Shown: piece after piece, positions 37,795 to 48,463 of the stretch
Position numbering within the stretch: position 1 is the first letter of the stretch
How the letters are laid out: every line of letters starts with the position of its first letter
IMG/VR virus record: IMGVR_UViG_3300033553_000165
Location: 1 to 64,000 of that record
Strand: one strand, 5' to 3'
Origin: a virus
Length of the DNA stretch: 64,000 nucleotides
The notes under the pieces: generated by a model
Databases searched by the model: none
What the model was told of the DNA's origin: nothing
The model's input: only the letters and a program-made list of their open reading frames with translations
Program-made: the position numbers and the translations under genes

Positions 37795-39292
37795 CTTCTA
37801 TTGATTTTAAAATTATCTTTTCAACTTTATCATAATCCTCAACAATAATAAACCTATCCTCGGCTCTGGTAATTGCTACATAGAATAAATTTTGCTCTTG
37901 CTCTAGTTGCCATTCTTGCGTCGCATACTTACTTGGAAGTAACTCTGGACATAATAGGAATATTGTGCCGTTCTCCAACCCTTTACTTTTATGAATGGTA
38001 GATAGTACAACCGCATTTTCTTGGGCTCTAAAAACGTCTCTAATTCTTGTTATTACAGATTTGGTATCTAAGCAATTTCTTGATAGAACTTTTATGATGT
38101 CCCGTTGTTGAATCATCCTGTCAATCTTTTCCGTCTTAAAGGGATTTCTAACGCCTTTCTTCTTAAGTTTAGATATCTCCTTCGCAATATCCTGTTCAAC
38201 TGCCGCTCCCAGAGTAGCGACTCCGGACGCACCTAATTTCTTTATGTAGTTCTCCAACTTCTGACCTATCTCAACTCCCTTAACATAACTCTTAACACCT
38301 TTAGTAATTAGGTATAAATTAAGAATTATCAAAGGTTTCAGGTTTCTACATAAAACCCAATCTTCGCTTCTTATTTCTTTACAGAAACCATTTCTCACCT
38401 CACCATCCTCATTCCCATCATAGGCTTCAATCTGAGGATTCAGCTTCTTAGCATATGCGACTATATTTTTCCCGCAACGGTAATTTACCGACAGGGGAAG
38501 CTCAACGGTGTTAGGAAATACATTCTTCAGATTATTATAGCTATTAGCATCTGCACCCGCAAAACCGTATATCGCTTGTCTTGGGTCTCCAACCGCTATC
38601 ATCCTACCATTTCTTTTCAATATTCTACTTACTATCTTTTGTTGTAATACGGATAAATCTTGCGCCTCATCTATAAATAATATATCGAATTTTGGTAACC
38701 TTATATTATCAATGTGGGCACGGTAAATCATATCTGTGAAATCAAAAACCCTATTATTTTTGTCCATCAGTCTTAGCGTCTCTATCGCCATATCTTCCAT
38801 ATCGGGTGTAAGTTCTAAATCATACCTCATAGCCAATTCAGCAAGGTCTTCCTTTTCGGTCATAAGGTTATGCCTCATCACATCTACCATTTTTGATACG
38901 ACGAACATATAATACCCATACTTCTTTTTATCAATTTTAGCCTTGATGCATAGCTTTTGTATAATCTGAGCTGACTTCCCTTTCTTTAACTCCTTCTTTC
39001 CTGGCTTGGCTCTTAATAGTGCTCTCCAGCAAAAACTATGCATCGTGGTGATCGTTGTGTTCCGGCTTTTTATAGTTAGTTTTAATTCATCCACTATGGA
39101 ATTGTTAAATGCTATAAACGCCTTATCAAGATCATCAGGAAGTCTAGTAACAGCTTCTTTTATTGTAGTAGTTTTTCCGGAACCCGCAACGGCATTGACG
39201 ACGACGTTGTTTGCCGTATTCTCAATCTCATTGAAAATACGAATTTGGTATTTTGAAAAATTCATCCTTAATCTTTCTGGAAGAATCTCCAA
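37784..39292 (-). CDS. UvrD/Rep-like SF1 helicase
   Basis: AVAGSGKTT, IDEAQD, VGDPRQAIYGF, STIHKSKGLE, YVAITRA. Confidence 0.93.
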   Translation of the reverse strand: MEILPERLRMNFSKYQIRIFNEIENTANNVVVNAVAGSGKTTTIKEAVTRLPDDLDKAFIAFNNSIVDELKLTIKSRNTTITTMHSFCWRALLRAKPGKKELKKGKSAQIIQKLCIKAKIDKKKYGYYMFVVSKMVDVMRHNLMTEKEDLAELAMRYDLELTPDMEDMAIETLRLMDKNNRVFDFTDMIYRAHIDNIRLPKFDILFIDEAQDLSVLQQKIVSRILKRNGRMIAVGDPRQAIYGFAGADANSYNNLKNVFPNTVELPLSVNYRCGKNIVAYAKKLNPQIEAYDGNEDGEVRNGFCKEIRSEDWVLCRNLKPLIILNLYLITKGVKSYVKGVEIGQKLENYIKKLGASGVATLGAAVEQDIAKEISKLKKKGVRNPFKTEKIDRMIQQRDIIKVLSRNCLDTKSVITRIRDVFRAQENAVVLSTIHKSKGLENGTIFLLCPELLPSKYATQEWQLEQEQNLFYVAITRAEDRFIIVEDYDKVEKIILKSIEDEN

Positions 39293-39585
39293 ATGTGATT
39301 ATCGGAAAATTGGAAAAGTATGTCTGGATCTCTTTCGTCAATTGCTCTAAGGTTATTTACCAGAACCTCTGCCGTTGGAGACATAGTGTAATTTTCTATA
39401 AATTGAGTAATATCTTTCCCTTTTAATTCGAAGAACGGTGCACTCTGAATACTACCGACGCTCGATTTTTCAAAAGTTTTACAAAGGAAGAAATTTGATT
39501 CATCTTGAATAATCACTTCCAAAATTCTGTAGTTTGCCATAACTAACAAAAGCAACAGATTTTTCTTTTCATTATAATTCGCCAT
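39268..39585 (-). CDS. Hypothetical protein
   Basis: ORF track. Confidence 0.6.
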   Translation of the reverse strand: MANYNEKKNLLLLLVMANYRILEVIIQDESNFFLCKTFEKSSVGSIQSAPFFELKGKDITQFIENYTMSPTAEVLVNNLRAIDERDPDILFQFSDNHIWRFFQKD

Positions 39586-40408
39586 TTTCTCTTAGTTTTA
39601 AAATTATTTTCTTTACGTTTTTTAAAGTGGCATAATATTTACCCGAGGAAAAGTCTGAATTCTTCTCCAGGAAAACCGCCTTCTTTTCATTATTTAACTT
39701 TGAGCGCAATACTACTTCCTCTTGGTCGGTCAAATTCAATTGCTCTATCAAAAGGTCTAAACTATGGTTTCCGTTGCGGGACTTAGTTTCAGAAGTATTA
39801 ATCTTCTCAGAGGAATATTTACGATGCTTATCAAGTCTCTGTACCGTATTGAAGAACATACGATAAAAGTTCCGACCCAATGCTTTATTATAATAGAAAT
39901 AGAAACACCATTTGGGTTTCGCCTTAAATTTATCTATACAATTATCTAAAATTACCCAAGACTCACCTATCATTTCGTCACGGTCATAGCACTCATCGGT
40001 GACTGGAGAATTATAGGCTAAATTCATATAATTATTGATATTCTTAACAACTACCTTACTCATCATATTGAAAAGCTCAAACTTTAAATCAGAAGATTCC
40101 TTTTCCCATTTCCTAACTAAAATCCTCTTCTTAATTTCAATCTTACCAACTTCGTTTGTAGCCTTTAGATTTTCGCTCCTTTTTACATTAGCTATTTTCT
40201 TAAGGTTGGTTGAGTCTTTTACCCTTTTTATCTCTATGATACGGAGTGTAATATTCTTTTGAGCTTGATTGGTAACCTCAGATATTTTACTATCGGTACA
40301 CGTCTCACTTTTGGCGATTAATCTATTTAATTTTTGAACTCTTAAAACTAACTCATTCGCTCTTTCTCTATTGTATGTAGAATGTTCTACTTTGAAGATA
40401 TCGTACAT
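39572..40408 (-). CDS. Putative sigma-factor-like transcription factor (late?)
   Basis: Region-2-like DRDEMIGESWVILDNCIDKF...FYFYYNKAL; region-4-like LTDQEEVVL.. Confidence 0.55.
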   Translation of the reverse strand: MYDIFKVEHSTYNRERANELVLRVQKLNRLIAKSETCTDSKISEVTNQAQKNITLRIIEIKRVKDSTNLKKIANVKRSENLKATNEVGKIEIKKRILVRKWEKESSDLKFELFNMMSKVVVKNINNYMNLAYNSPVTDECYDRDEMIGESWVILDNCIDKFKAKPKWCFYFYYNKALGRNFYRMFFNTVQRLDKHRKYSSEKINTSETKSRNGNHSLDLLIEQLNLTDQEEVVLRSKLNNEKKAVFLEKNSDFSSGKYYATLKNVKKIILKLRENGEL

Positions 40409-40410
40409 AA

Positions 40411-40716
40411 CTATTTAGCTTCAAAGTCATTAATCAGCTTTTTATTCATTTCGTACTTCTGCTCCTTGATCTCTTTTTTGAAATGATCTGAGGAACGCTT
40501 TTGAAGCATCTTTTTTAAAGTCGCCTTATCATTTGACTTTAGAAAATCCGGAACGCCCTCTTTGGGGATAGATGTAAGAACATTTCCGGTTTTTGGATTG
40601 GTTATGAGTTTACGTGTATGTTTATCCACGTTGACCCATTTACCGTTTCTAGAGACTAGACTGAAGTTAGGAACGGTGAATTTTTCGCCTGTTTTTTCAT
40701 CAATAAAATTTGCCAT
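40411..40716 (-). CDS. Hypothetical protein
   Basis: ORF track. Confidence 0.65.
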   Translation of the reverse strand: MANFIDEKTGEKFTVPNFSLVSRNGKWVNVDKHTRKLITNPKTGNVLTSIPKEGVPDFLKSNDKATLKKMLQKRSSDHFKKEIKEQKYEMNKKLINDFEAK

Positions 40717-40723
40717 AGTTTTG

Positions 40724-41263
40724 TTAGGAGTTTATTTTTGATTTTAGATAGTGTAAGATATGTAGTGCGTCAGACTCGTTATCGTCTTCGCCTTGGTAGT
40801 CCCATAATTTTTTAGCATACTCCACCATCAACGGTTTGCCTGCGTTTCCATTAAAAGTGGCAAACTTTTTAATAGAACTGGCTGAGAACTCAATGTACTC
40901 AACTCCTAATTCAACGCAAACCTTCTCGATTATACCTATCAATTTTGAAGAATGTATGATAGGCTTAATATTCCTTCCAGCTGGGAGCTCATAAGCTACG
41001 ACATCGATTTCGTGCTTAGCGAGGAATTTCCGGACTCTGGCGTCAAACCGAATCCATTTCATTCCTTGGCTTTCTTTTGATTTTATATTCAAATCCCAAA
41101 GTTCAACTTTAGGCTCCCCCGTCCCCTCTAATTCGTAAGAAACTCCGCAAATAGTAGCTTGATCAAATGCGGCGATATTTAGAGTGGTTTTTAATCTAGC
41201 GAGCTTTATTTCTTTGGCTCGCTTTAGTTTTTCTTCCCTTTTTAATCTTTCTGCTTTATTCAT
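40724..41263 (-). CDS. ruvC: RuvC-like Holliday junction resolvase
   Basis: AAFDQAT, VAYE, SIKKFAT..GNAGK, DDNESDA. Confidence 0.85.
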   Translation of the reverse strand: MNKAERLKREEKLKRAKEIKLARLKTTLNIAAFDQATICGVSYELEGTGEPKVELWDLNIKSKESQGMKWIRFDARVRKFLAKHEIDVVAYELPAGRNIKPIIHSSKLIGIIEKVCVELGVEYIEFSASSIKKFATFNGNAGKPLMVEYAKKLWDYQGEDDNESDALHILHYLKSKINS

Positions 41264-41338
41264 TTACTGGGGGGTTGAGGGGATTTGTAATTAATAGTTA
41301 AATTTTTAACTAAAATCATAATAATTTAACGAAGTTAG

Positions 41339-43246
41339 TTAACTTTTTTTTAATATACTAATGCCATTTACTTTTTTTATTATCAATTCGTTATTTGCTC
41401 CGATGGGTGTATTTCTGTGGGAGACTACCAATGTAGTAACCCCGAGACCTTCCAATATTTTTATCAGATCTTTTTGGCCCGTAACATCCAGACCCTCAAA
41501 TACTTCATCTAATCCTAAGAAATTCAAACCACCATTTGGAGCCGACATATTGAATAACTTCTGCATACCTACGATATTGGCTAAATTTATGCGCCCCTTC
41601 TCTCCTCCACTATACTTCTCATATACTCCTACGTTCTTACCGTTCCGGATAATTGAGACGTCTATTTTCTCCCTTACATCGCCACTCTTTAAAACGGTAA
41701 ATCCATCTATGTTTACTTGGAGATCAGTATTGATTTTCTTAAGATAGCTGTTTGTGATACCTTCTATGGATTTTATACTCTTATTAGTTAAAAAAGTCAT
41801 AAAACCCTTTTTTCCTAAATGGTGTATCCAAAACTCATTTTCATCTACTTTCATTTCCCACTCCAGCATTTCTTTCGTGTGAACTTTTAGCTTCGTGCGG
41901 GCATTACCAAACTCTTCCTTCAGCTTAACGATTTTTTCGTCCTTATTTGCCCCTTCTTTTAGTTTCTCTATAATCTCCTCGTTATTCTTTATAGAACGCT
42001 TAAATCCTTCTATTTCATCCTCTAGTATAGTGTATGAGTTCTTAAGGCTTTTATGTTTACGCTTGGCGTCTAAATATTCTTGATCAGCTTCATCAGCCTT
42101 CTCAATTTCAACCTCAATATTTTTAATCCGCTTCTCCAACTTTTTAATCGAAACTCCATCAATCTCTATATTCTCCTTAAGAATCTTAATATTCTCATTA
42201 GTGGCTTCCATTAGTTCCGGAACCTCTTCTAAACTTATATTGGCCGAAGGATTAAATCCAAACTTACATTCTGGACAATCTATTCTCCCCTTCTTGATAT
42301 TCTCCAAGTGGTTTATTAAATGCTCAGCTTCCGCTATATCATCTTGAGTTTTATTTCGCTCCTTTTTTATCTTAGCGATTTTCCCCTTCAACTTCTTAAC
42401 CCTATCATATAATTCAGTGGTATCTTTAAGAGCATCCTTTTTAATTAGGATATCTCGCTCCGCAAGAATAACCTTTTCCTCCAATTCCATTCTCTTTTCA
42501 CCGCCTTCTGAAATCTTTAATTTATACTTATCAATCTGGTTAGTGTAGCCGGAAATTTTAGTCTCAATCCTCTGTAAATAATTTTCCTTTTCATCCTTAA
42601 TTTCACCCTCAATAAATTCCATTTTATTCTCCAATTTCGTAACCTTTTCCTTCAGATCATTTAGCTTTAAATTGTTACCCTTATTGGATGATTTAAGTTC
42701 CTCAATCTTATCACTTATAAATTGGGTGTTTGAAAATCTAGCAATAATATTTTTCTTTTCAGCGTCTCCAGCCGTCAAGAAAGAATAATGCGTATCTTGC
42801 CCTATAACGAAGAAGTGAATGAAGTCCTCACGAGTTAATCCGATAAGTTCTAAGATTCGGTTATTTGCCTCAATTACCGAAGTAACTTGCGTATTCTTCT
42901 CACCGTTCTCCCATAGCTCAATACGTGAAGATTTCTTCCTATCAAACCAGCGTCTAATACTTAGCGTCTTTATTTTGCATACTTGGTTAGTCAGATCAAA
43001 TTGGACATAGGTTTCATCAGCGTCGTCAGCTATGAAACTATCCTTATTTACGTCCCGATTTGTTGAACCTGTTATTGCCAACGTTATTCCTTCAATCAGA
43101 GTAGACTTTCCGGAACCATTACTATCTGCTCCTGGGTCGGTTTCATTTTCTCCGTAAATCATCACGCATTGATTATTCTGGAATTCATATTCTGAATCAG
43201 CGTGGGACATTAAGTCTTTAAGTATTATTTTGGTTGGTTGCCACAT
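41339..43246 (-). CDS. SbcC/Rad50-like (gp46-like) recombination ATPase
   Basis: NGSGKST, coiled coil with CPEC zinc hook, YSGGEK, LDEVFEGLD, VVSH. Confidence 0.93.
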   Translation of the reverse strand: MWQPTKIILKDLMSHADSEYEFQNNQCVMIYGENETDPGADSNGSGKSTLIEGITLAITGSTNRDVNKDSFIADDADETYVQFDLTNQVCKIKTLSIRRWFDRKKSSRIELWENGEKNTQVTSVIEANNRILELIGLTREDFIHFFVIGQDTHYSFLTAGDAEKKNIIARFSNTQFISDKIEELKSSNKGNNLKLNDLKEKVTKLENKMEFIEGEIKDEKENYLQRIETKISGYTNQIDKYKLKISEGGEKRMELEEKVILAERDILIKKDALKDTTELYDRVKKLKGKIAKIKKERNKTQDDIAEAEHLINHLENIKKGRIDCPECKFGFNPSANISLEEVPELMEATNENIKILKENIEIDGVSIKKLEKRIKNIEVEIEKADEADQEYLDAKRKHKSLKNSYTILEDEIEGFKRSIKNNEEIIEKLKEGANKDEKIVKLKEEFGNARTKLKVHTKEMLEWEMKVDENEFWIHHLGKKGFMTFLTNKSIKSIEGITNSYLKKINTDLQVNIDGFTVLKSGDVREKIDVSIIRNGKNVGVYEKYSGGEKGRINLANIVGMQKLFNMSAPNGGLNFLGLDEVFEGLDVTGQKDLIKILEGLGVTTLVVSHRNTPIGANNELIIKKVNGISILKKS

Positions 43247-43569
43247 TATCTTGTTGGGTTTACGATGAATCTGTATCTGGGTGAAAGGAACTTATTACCT
43301 ACTTTCTTTTCGATCATTTGTTGAGCCTTGTGTTCACCCTTCTTCTCAATTATTTTTTGTACGAAACGGATTGCGGATTTTTTACTTTTATGTAAAGCAG
43401 ATACCTTCGTTCCGGATTTGGCTTCGCTAATACAAAGCCGATTATTAAATTTATGTAAGAATAATTCTAAGCTATCAAAACCATCTATCTGTATTGGGAG
43501 ACCGCTAACCTTTTTGAAGGTATTTCCGTTCCGGACATAATAATTTTCGTTGACTAATCTAATCCACAT
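43246..43569 (-). CDS. Hypothetical protein
   Basis: ORF between the SbcD-like and SbcC-like genes. Confidence 0.65.
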   Translation of the reverse strand: MWIRLVNENYYVRNGNTFKKVSGLPIQIDGFDSLELFLHKFNNRLCISEAKSGTKVSALHKSKKSAIRFVQKIIEKKGEHKAQQMIEKKVGNKFLSPRYRFIVNPTR

Positions 43570-44617
43570 TTTGTTTAAGTATTTTAAGACCTCGTTTGCG
43601 GCTGATAGAATCTATACCTTGGATTTTACAATATTCGGCGAAATACTTTATTATAGCTTTTTGATCAAGTTCTTTTAGATCACCGCTCTCAATTTTAAGT
43701 ATTTCTTCATTGATATCATTCAGCTCAAACTTACAGTCAATTCCTAAACTACTTAACTTTGCTTGATCTACCTTATGAATCTCAGATTTATCTCCAGAGA
43801 ATATAAACCGTACATTATCTTCTTTTCCACCGTACATCTCAATCTCATTATCAACGTCGTCATTAACGTCCAACTTGATCTTTATGTATTTAGGGAAGTT
43901 TGTAGGCTCAAAATCTATATCTCCATTTTCCATTAGGATAGTAAATCCTTTGTCCTCTATATTTTCCCCATAATTACCTTGATAGGCTGAACCAATATAA
44001 AAGATATTTTTACCGATTTCACTCCCATCGTGATAATGCCCGACTAAGACCTTATCCCAGCTTTTTACGTCCTTCGGCGAAATAGCATCTTCAACTACTG
44101 AACCGTCGTTATTTCGTACCCCATTAAAGGCGACGTGAGTTATTAAGATTGACTTCTCATACGGAACCTTTTCTCTCAGGGTTTCAAGCTCTTTTAATCT
44201 CGCTTTATAACTATTGGAGAAGTATGGTAAAAATCCTACCGATATGTCCCCCATTTTTATACATCTAAAGTTTCTGACCAATTGGAAGTTTACCGTATTA
44301 TCAAATACATCTAAATAGCTATCCTCACTATCTAAATCCGTCTTATCGTGGTTACCAGGAATACCAACTAACGTTATTCCCGTTCCCTCAAATATACCTA
44401 AGATTTTCTTCATAGTAATCAACGTCATCAGGTTTTGACCTATACGATTTGTGAAGAAGTCTCCACCGTGAATTACATAATCGACTCCTAATAAATTAGC
44501 AAGGTCATATGCCTGCACAAAAATATTATAGACTAAATCTAAATTATCACGCTTTAAATGCGTATCGGTCAAAACTACTGCTAACGGCTTATTGATCATA
44601 ACTTTCTCTTTCTTCAA
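43559..44617 (-). CDS. SbcD/Mre11-like (gp47-like) nuclease
   Basis: TDTH, GGDFF, PGNHD, ITH, GHYH metallophosphoesterase motifs. Confidence 0.92.
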   Translation of the reverse strand: MKKEKVMINKPLAVVLTDTHLKRDNLDLVYNIFVQAYDLANLLGVDYVIHGGDFFTNRIGQNLMTLITMKKILGIFEGTGITLVGIPGNHDKTDLDSEDSYLDVFDNTVNFQLVRNFRCIKMGDISVGFLPYFSNSYKARLKELETLREKVPYEKSILITHVAFNGVRNNDGSVVEDAISPKDVKSWDKVLVGHYHDGSEIGKNIFYIGSAYQGNYGENIEDKGFTILMENGDIDFEPTNFPKYIKIKLDVNDDVDNEIEMYGGKEDNVRFIFSGDKSEIHKVDQAKLSSLGIDCKFELNDINEEILKIESGDLKELDQKAIIKYFAEYCKIQGIDSISRKRGLKILKQNVD

Positions 44618-45674
44618 TTACTTGTTGATGTCTTTGCTTTGTAATCTTCTTATGGATAATCTCCATATATTTATTCTTGCTCCAGTACAGCTGATAGAGT
44701 GTCCGCTTACTACTCCAACTAACTTTGCCCTTCATAGCCGAGTGCTTTAGAGCTCCTTCTTTTTCAATAATCCCGTGCTCAACACCAAAGGTAATATCTT
44801 CAGCGCTCAATACCATACCGAACCCCATTAGGATTTCAATATTTGTTTCTCGTCGGCTTCCGAAGTCATTCTTTTCAACCGAAACTTTTGTTATCTGAGC
44901 TACCTTAGCATCGTCAATCTTTTCACTCTTAATAGTGACCATCCTTAACCGTATTGTGGACATTAATTCAACCCACTCACCACCTGTCGATTTCTTACCG
45001 TGACCTCCGATTTTATCATAAACGTGGTTCAACATTATGAAGTGTATGGTGGTGTTATACATTTCCCCTACTAAGAACTTGGCGAACATCTTAGCTGGTT
45101 TAGCAAAGGCTCCGATTTTTTCGTGCTTCAACTTTTCCATATCTTTCCCCTTCGTCATTGTCTTTTCCATAGCGGCAGTATTCTCCTGCATAGTATCAAG
45201 CTCAGATCGAGATAGGGTTGCCCCTAAACTATCCCAAAGGAAATAAAATTTAGGCTCTCCCATCTTTTCCGCTCTGAAAATATCCTTAGCTTCTTCAATA
45301 AGGTTTTTGACTTGAAGAAACATCATCTCAACATAGCGGATTTTTATTATCATAACCTTTTCCAAATCAATACCGAGACGTGTAGCGTATTCACGATTGT
45401 CCCTATTTTCTGAAGATAGGATAACCGCTATTCCATCAGGTTGAGCATTGAGGAAATTTCTCATACCTACTAATCCCAACGTTGTCTTTCCGGAAGCACT
45501 TGGCCCAGCTATTTCAACGATTCCTGTAGGTAATCCAAAAGTTCCTAAATTGTAATCTAATTCGGGGGATCCCGTATGCGCCCAACTACTAACTTCCTTG
45601 AAGCTATTTTTGTCGGAGAACTTGATAACGTCTCCGGAGTTGAACCGCTTTACCAGTTTGTCTATTATACTCAT
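44589..45674 (-). CDS. recA: RecA/UvsX-like recombinase
   Basis: TGSPELD, EIAGPSASGKTT, WDSLGA, STGG, VEKN. Confidence 0.9.
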   Translation of the reverse strand: MSIIDKLVKRFNSGDVIKFSDKNSFKEVSSWAHTGSPELDYNLGTFGLPTGIVEIAGPSASGKTTLGLVGMRNFLNAQPDGIAVILSSENRDNREYATRLGIDLEKVMIIKIRYVEMMFLQVKNLIEEAKDIFRAEKMGEPKFYFLWDSLGATLSRSELDTMQENTAAMEKTMTKGKDMEKLKHEKIGAFAKPAKMFAKFLVGEMYNTTIHFIMLNHVYDKIGGHGKKSTGGEWVELMSTIRLRMVTIKSEKIDDAKVAQITKVSVEKNDFGSRRETNIEILMGFGMVLSAEDITFGVEHGIIEKEGALKHSAMKGKVSWSSKRTLYQLYWSKNKYMEIIHKKITKQRHQQVIEERESYDQ

Positions 45675-45696
45675 AATTTTAACTTTATTTTAATAT

Positions 45697-45732
45697 AAAA
45701 AACCGTGGGCAGATTTCTCCACTCACGGTTTT
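45697..45732 (-). terminator. Intrinsic terminator
   Basis: AAAACCGTGAG..CCCACGGTTTTTT hairpin after the SSB gene. Confidence 0.75.
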
Positions 45733-45753
45733 CTTAACATAAATTAAGGGAGA

Positions 45754-47019
45754 TTATTTTTTATTTCTAAGTCGGCTTCGGATATCATCTATGGACATTT
45801 TACCCTTTTTCTTTGGGGCTTCTTCCTCTTCCTCTTCTTCCTCATCCTCTTCTTCCTCATCCTCTTCTTCCTCAACCTCGTCGGCTTCTTCTTCCTCAAC
45901 CTCTTCTTCGTCTTCTTCCTCTTCACCTACTTCCTCACGGATAGCGTCTCGGATTTCTTCGTCGGTCATAGATTTCAGAACCTTTATATCTAAGTCCTCT
46001 GCCTTGATATATTTCAGAAGTTCCTTCCGGCTCATATCATCCAGCTCATCTCCTTCTTCGTCTTCCTCTTCCTCCTCTTCATCTTCTTCCTCTTCAACTT
46101 CTTCAACTTTAGCCTTCTTAGCTTTCTTGGACTTTTTATCTTCCTTCTTAGCTTTTTTAGGCTTTTCATCCTCCTCTTCGTCTTCATCCTCTTCTTCATC
46201 ATATTGGTCTTTAACTTCCTCAACGATTTCTAACCACCTGTCGTCGTCAAAAAAGTCAAACTCATTATTCGTATCATAATGCTCCAAACCTTTTAAAGCT
46301 CTCTGAAAATCCTTTAGCGTATAAACTTCACGGAATAATTCAATCAAACTCTTTGCTTTATCGAACTTATCAAGTTCCTCATCTTCCAAAGGCTCTGATC
46401 TTTTACTTACCGTGACTGAATAATAGTCCTCGCCTTTCTTCTTATTAGGCTTGCTAATATACTTAATAAGTATCGGAAGACCGTCGTCGATATCTGTGAA
46501 CGGATCAACCTCTATCGGGTCAGATTCGTCTTCCATAAATAATTCCTTATTCAGCGCATCACGAACCGTTTTCTTGAAAGCAAGTAAACCAAATTCCCTT
46601 TTAGATTTAGAAATTTTAACAGCGTATGCTACCCATTCTAAATCATAACTTAATCCAGTTTTCCAATCGCCAAGCAGCTTCAATTTATCGTCGTCCTTCA
46701 AATTCGCCTTAGCAAATTTAATATACTCATCAATAATATCCAATTTGGTTCCCCCGTGTAAAACTGAGTTGAGAACCGTTCTGCGGATTTCTTTACCCTC
46801 GTCATCTTCCAGCGTTAACCACGCTTGTTTTTTCATTATGAAAAAATCAACCCCATCGTGAGGTGGAAATAAACGGAATTTGGTAGCTTTACCGTCTTCG
46901 AATTCAAGATAGTCGTTAAAACCTCTTACGCCAATAAGCTCGTTTTCTTGGTCCGCCTTTTCTTTAAGGTCTCCAATTTTTACGCTCTTAGCTTTGTACT
47001 TTTTTCTTAAGTCTGACAT
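45754..47019 (-). CDS. gp32-like single-stranded DNA-binding protein with very long acidic tail
   Basis: KFRLFPP, DPFTDIDDG; poly-D/E C-terminus; lies between uvsY-like and recA. Confidence 0.75.
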   Translation of the reverse strand: MSDLRKKYKAKSVKIGDLKEKADQENELIGVRGFNDYLEFEDGKATKFRLFPPHDGVDFFIMKKQAWLTLEDDEGKEIRRTVLNSVLHGGTKLDIIDEYIKFAKANLKDDDKLKLLGDWKTGLSYDLEWVAYAVKISKSKREFGLLAFKKTVRDALNKELFMEDESDPIEVDPFTDIDDGLPILIKYISKPNKKKGEDYYSVTVSKRSEPLEDEELDKFDKAKSLIELFREVYTLKDFQRALKGLEHYDTNNEFDFFDDDRWLEIVEEVKDQYDEEEDEDEEEDEKPKKAKKEDKKSKKAKKAKVEEVEEEEDEEEEEEDEEGDELDDMSRKELLKYIKAEDLDIKVLKSMTDEEIRDAIREEVGEEEEDEEEVEEEEADEVEEEEDEEEEDEEEEEEEEAPKKKGKMSIDDIRSRLRNKK

Positions 47020-47038
47020 CGTTTTTAAAATTTAATTT

Positions 47039-47563
47039 TTAATCGGTTATTGTTCCCTTTTTTATTTTGAAGTAAACTTTGTTAAGCTGAGACTGAAGAA
47101 TTTGATCATCCATATCCCCAAACTTTAACGTCATACTCAATTTATCCAGCTTGTGGCTTTTATCTTTAGCAGATTGGTAAATTGTGTACATAAACTCCTT
47201 TTCTTTAGTAACCCTGTTAAACTTTTGCTTCTTCTTCTGCCATATTTTGTCCATTGTTAAAGCATCGTCTACTTCAGCTATCGTGTAACGCTTCCGTTCA
47301 TCATCAGCGTCAAAAGCATTCCGGATTCTTTCCTTAGCCTTCGCCTCATAAATAGAGAGGTCAAGTTTTGATTCCTGAACCAACCCGTCCATTTCAGCCG
47401 CCAATAGTCCAAACCTATTAACCACCACTGGAAAAGTTATAAGTTCCGCCATAAGATTTGAATAATCTATCTTCAATAGTTTATCAATATCCATATTGTC
47501 TTCAAAGTCGTCCAACTTAAATTGGATAACATTGTCTCCCATTGTAAATTTTAGTTCTCTCAT
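47039..47563 (-). CDS. UvsY-like recombination mediator
   Basis: LKIDYSNL..helical, KDKSHKL; adjacent to SSB and RecA. Confidence 0.55.
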   Translation of the reverse strand: MRELKFTMGDNVIQFKLDDFEDNMDIDKLLKIDYSNLMAELITFPVVVNRFGLLAAEMDGLVQESKLDLSIYEAKAKERIRNAFDADDERKRYTIAEVDDALTMDKIWQKKKQKFNRVTKEKEFMYTIYQSAKDKSHKLDKLSMTLKFGDMDDQILQSQLNKVYFKIKKGTITD

Positions 47564-47829
47564 CCTTCTATTACTTCAATTTTATTAGCCTTTAGTTGTT
47601 CATTAACCTCAATCATCCTCTCCAGATAATCCTTAGCTTTTATAAGGTCTATTTGATTATTCCCCTTACTACTTTCAGGTCGGATGAAACGGTCTAAATA
47701 TCGTTCTACGTGTCCCGCACAATAAGCGTCCCCGTGGGTTTTGCTTCTCCTATACATACGGGATATCATATCGTGTTCCTTTTCACCGTATTTAGAACGG
47801 TTGGAAGCTTCCAGTTCGTCTCTAGTCAT
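47560..47829 (-). CDS. DUF3310 family protein (T7 gp1.7-like)
   Basis: YCAGHVERYLDR..KG...DLIKAKDYLERMIE. Confidence 0.7.
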   Translation of the reverse strand: MTRDELEASNRSKYGEKEHDMISRMYRRSKTHGDAYCAGHVERYLDRFIRPESSKGNNQIDLIKAKDYLERMIEVNEQLKANKIEVIEG

Positions 47830-48451
47830 TGTATTTCCAATTTATAGTTTTTAAATCAAATAAAATATTCAGGTCTTTAGTCTCAAGAATAAATGAATTT
47901 TCTTGGTAATAATCTATACATTCATCAACGGCCAAGTTTAGGTTTTTGATACAATATTTATACTTAACCTTTAAGATCAAGTTCCCTAACTCCATCTCCT
48001 TTTTAATGTAGAACGCCATACTCATCCAGTCTGCGACTTTCACTAATAATTTTACATATTTATGCTTCATAGCGAAATTATCCCGAAATAAGGAATTTGA
48101 TTTCGTTTCAGATCCAAATAAGTTTTCTATGGAAACATCTACGAAACTATCAAGTTCTTGGCGAATTTTGATACCGTTGTGTTTGTTGTACTTAACGTTG
48201 TGGTTAATGTCACCTGTGAACATTTCGTCAAAGTCGTGAAAGGCAGCATAAGTCATAACCGCTAATTTCTGTTCACACGCTTCCTTTTCGAATATCTCCT
48301 CGGCAAGTATCCTTGAGAACCAAGTTACCAAGAAGCTGTGGTGAGCAACGGTTTCATCCTTTATTCGGTGCATACCGTTCCAACGGATCATATTATTTAG
48401 TTGATCAAAATTTTCATCAAATAGGATATTTTCAAATAAATTAACTTTCAT
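47822..48451 (-). CDS. HD-domain (YfbR-like) deoxynucleotide phosphohydrolase
   Basis: RW..ETVAHHSF, HDFDEMFTGDI, VKVAD. Confidence 0.88.
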   Translation of the reverse strand: MKVNLFENILFDENFDQLNNMIRWNGMHRIKDETVAHHSFLVTWFSRILAEEIFEKEACEQKLAVMTYAAFHDFDEMFTGDINHNVKYNKHNGIKIRQELDSFVDVSIENLFGSETKSNSLFRDNFAMKHKYVKLLVKVADWMSMAFYIKKEMELGNLILKVKYKYCIKNLNLAVDECIDYYQENSFILETKDLNILFDLKTINWKYND

Positions 48452-48463
48452 AAGTTGTGGGGA

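Noticed and set aside
45791-46210. TCT/TCC/TCA triplet repeats resembling an array (also 8690-9010)
   Set aside because: They encode poly-Glu/Asp tracts; no repeat-spacer structure, so not CRISPR
47822-48451. HD protein as DatZ of a Z-genome system
   Set aside because: No PurZ or MazZ visible in the window; neighbouring genes point to pyrimidine modification
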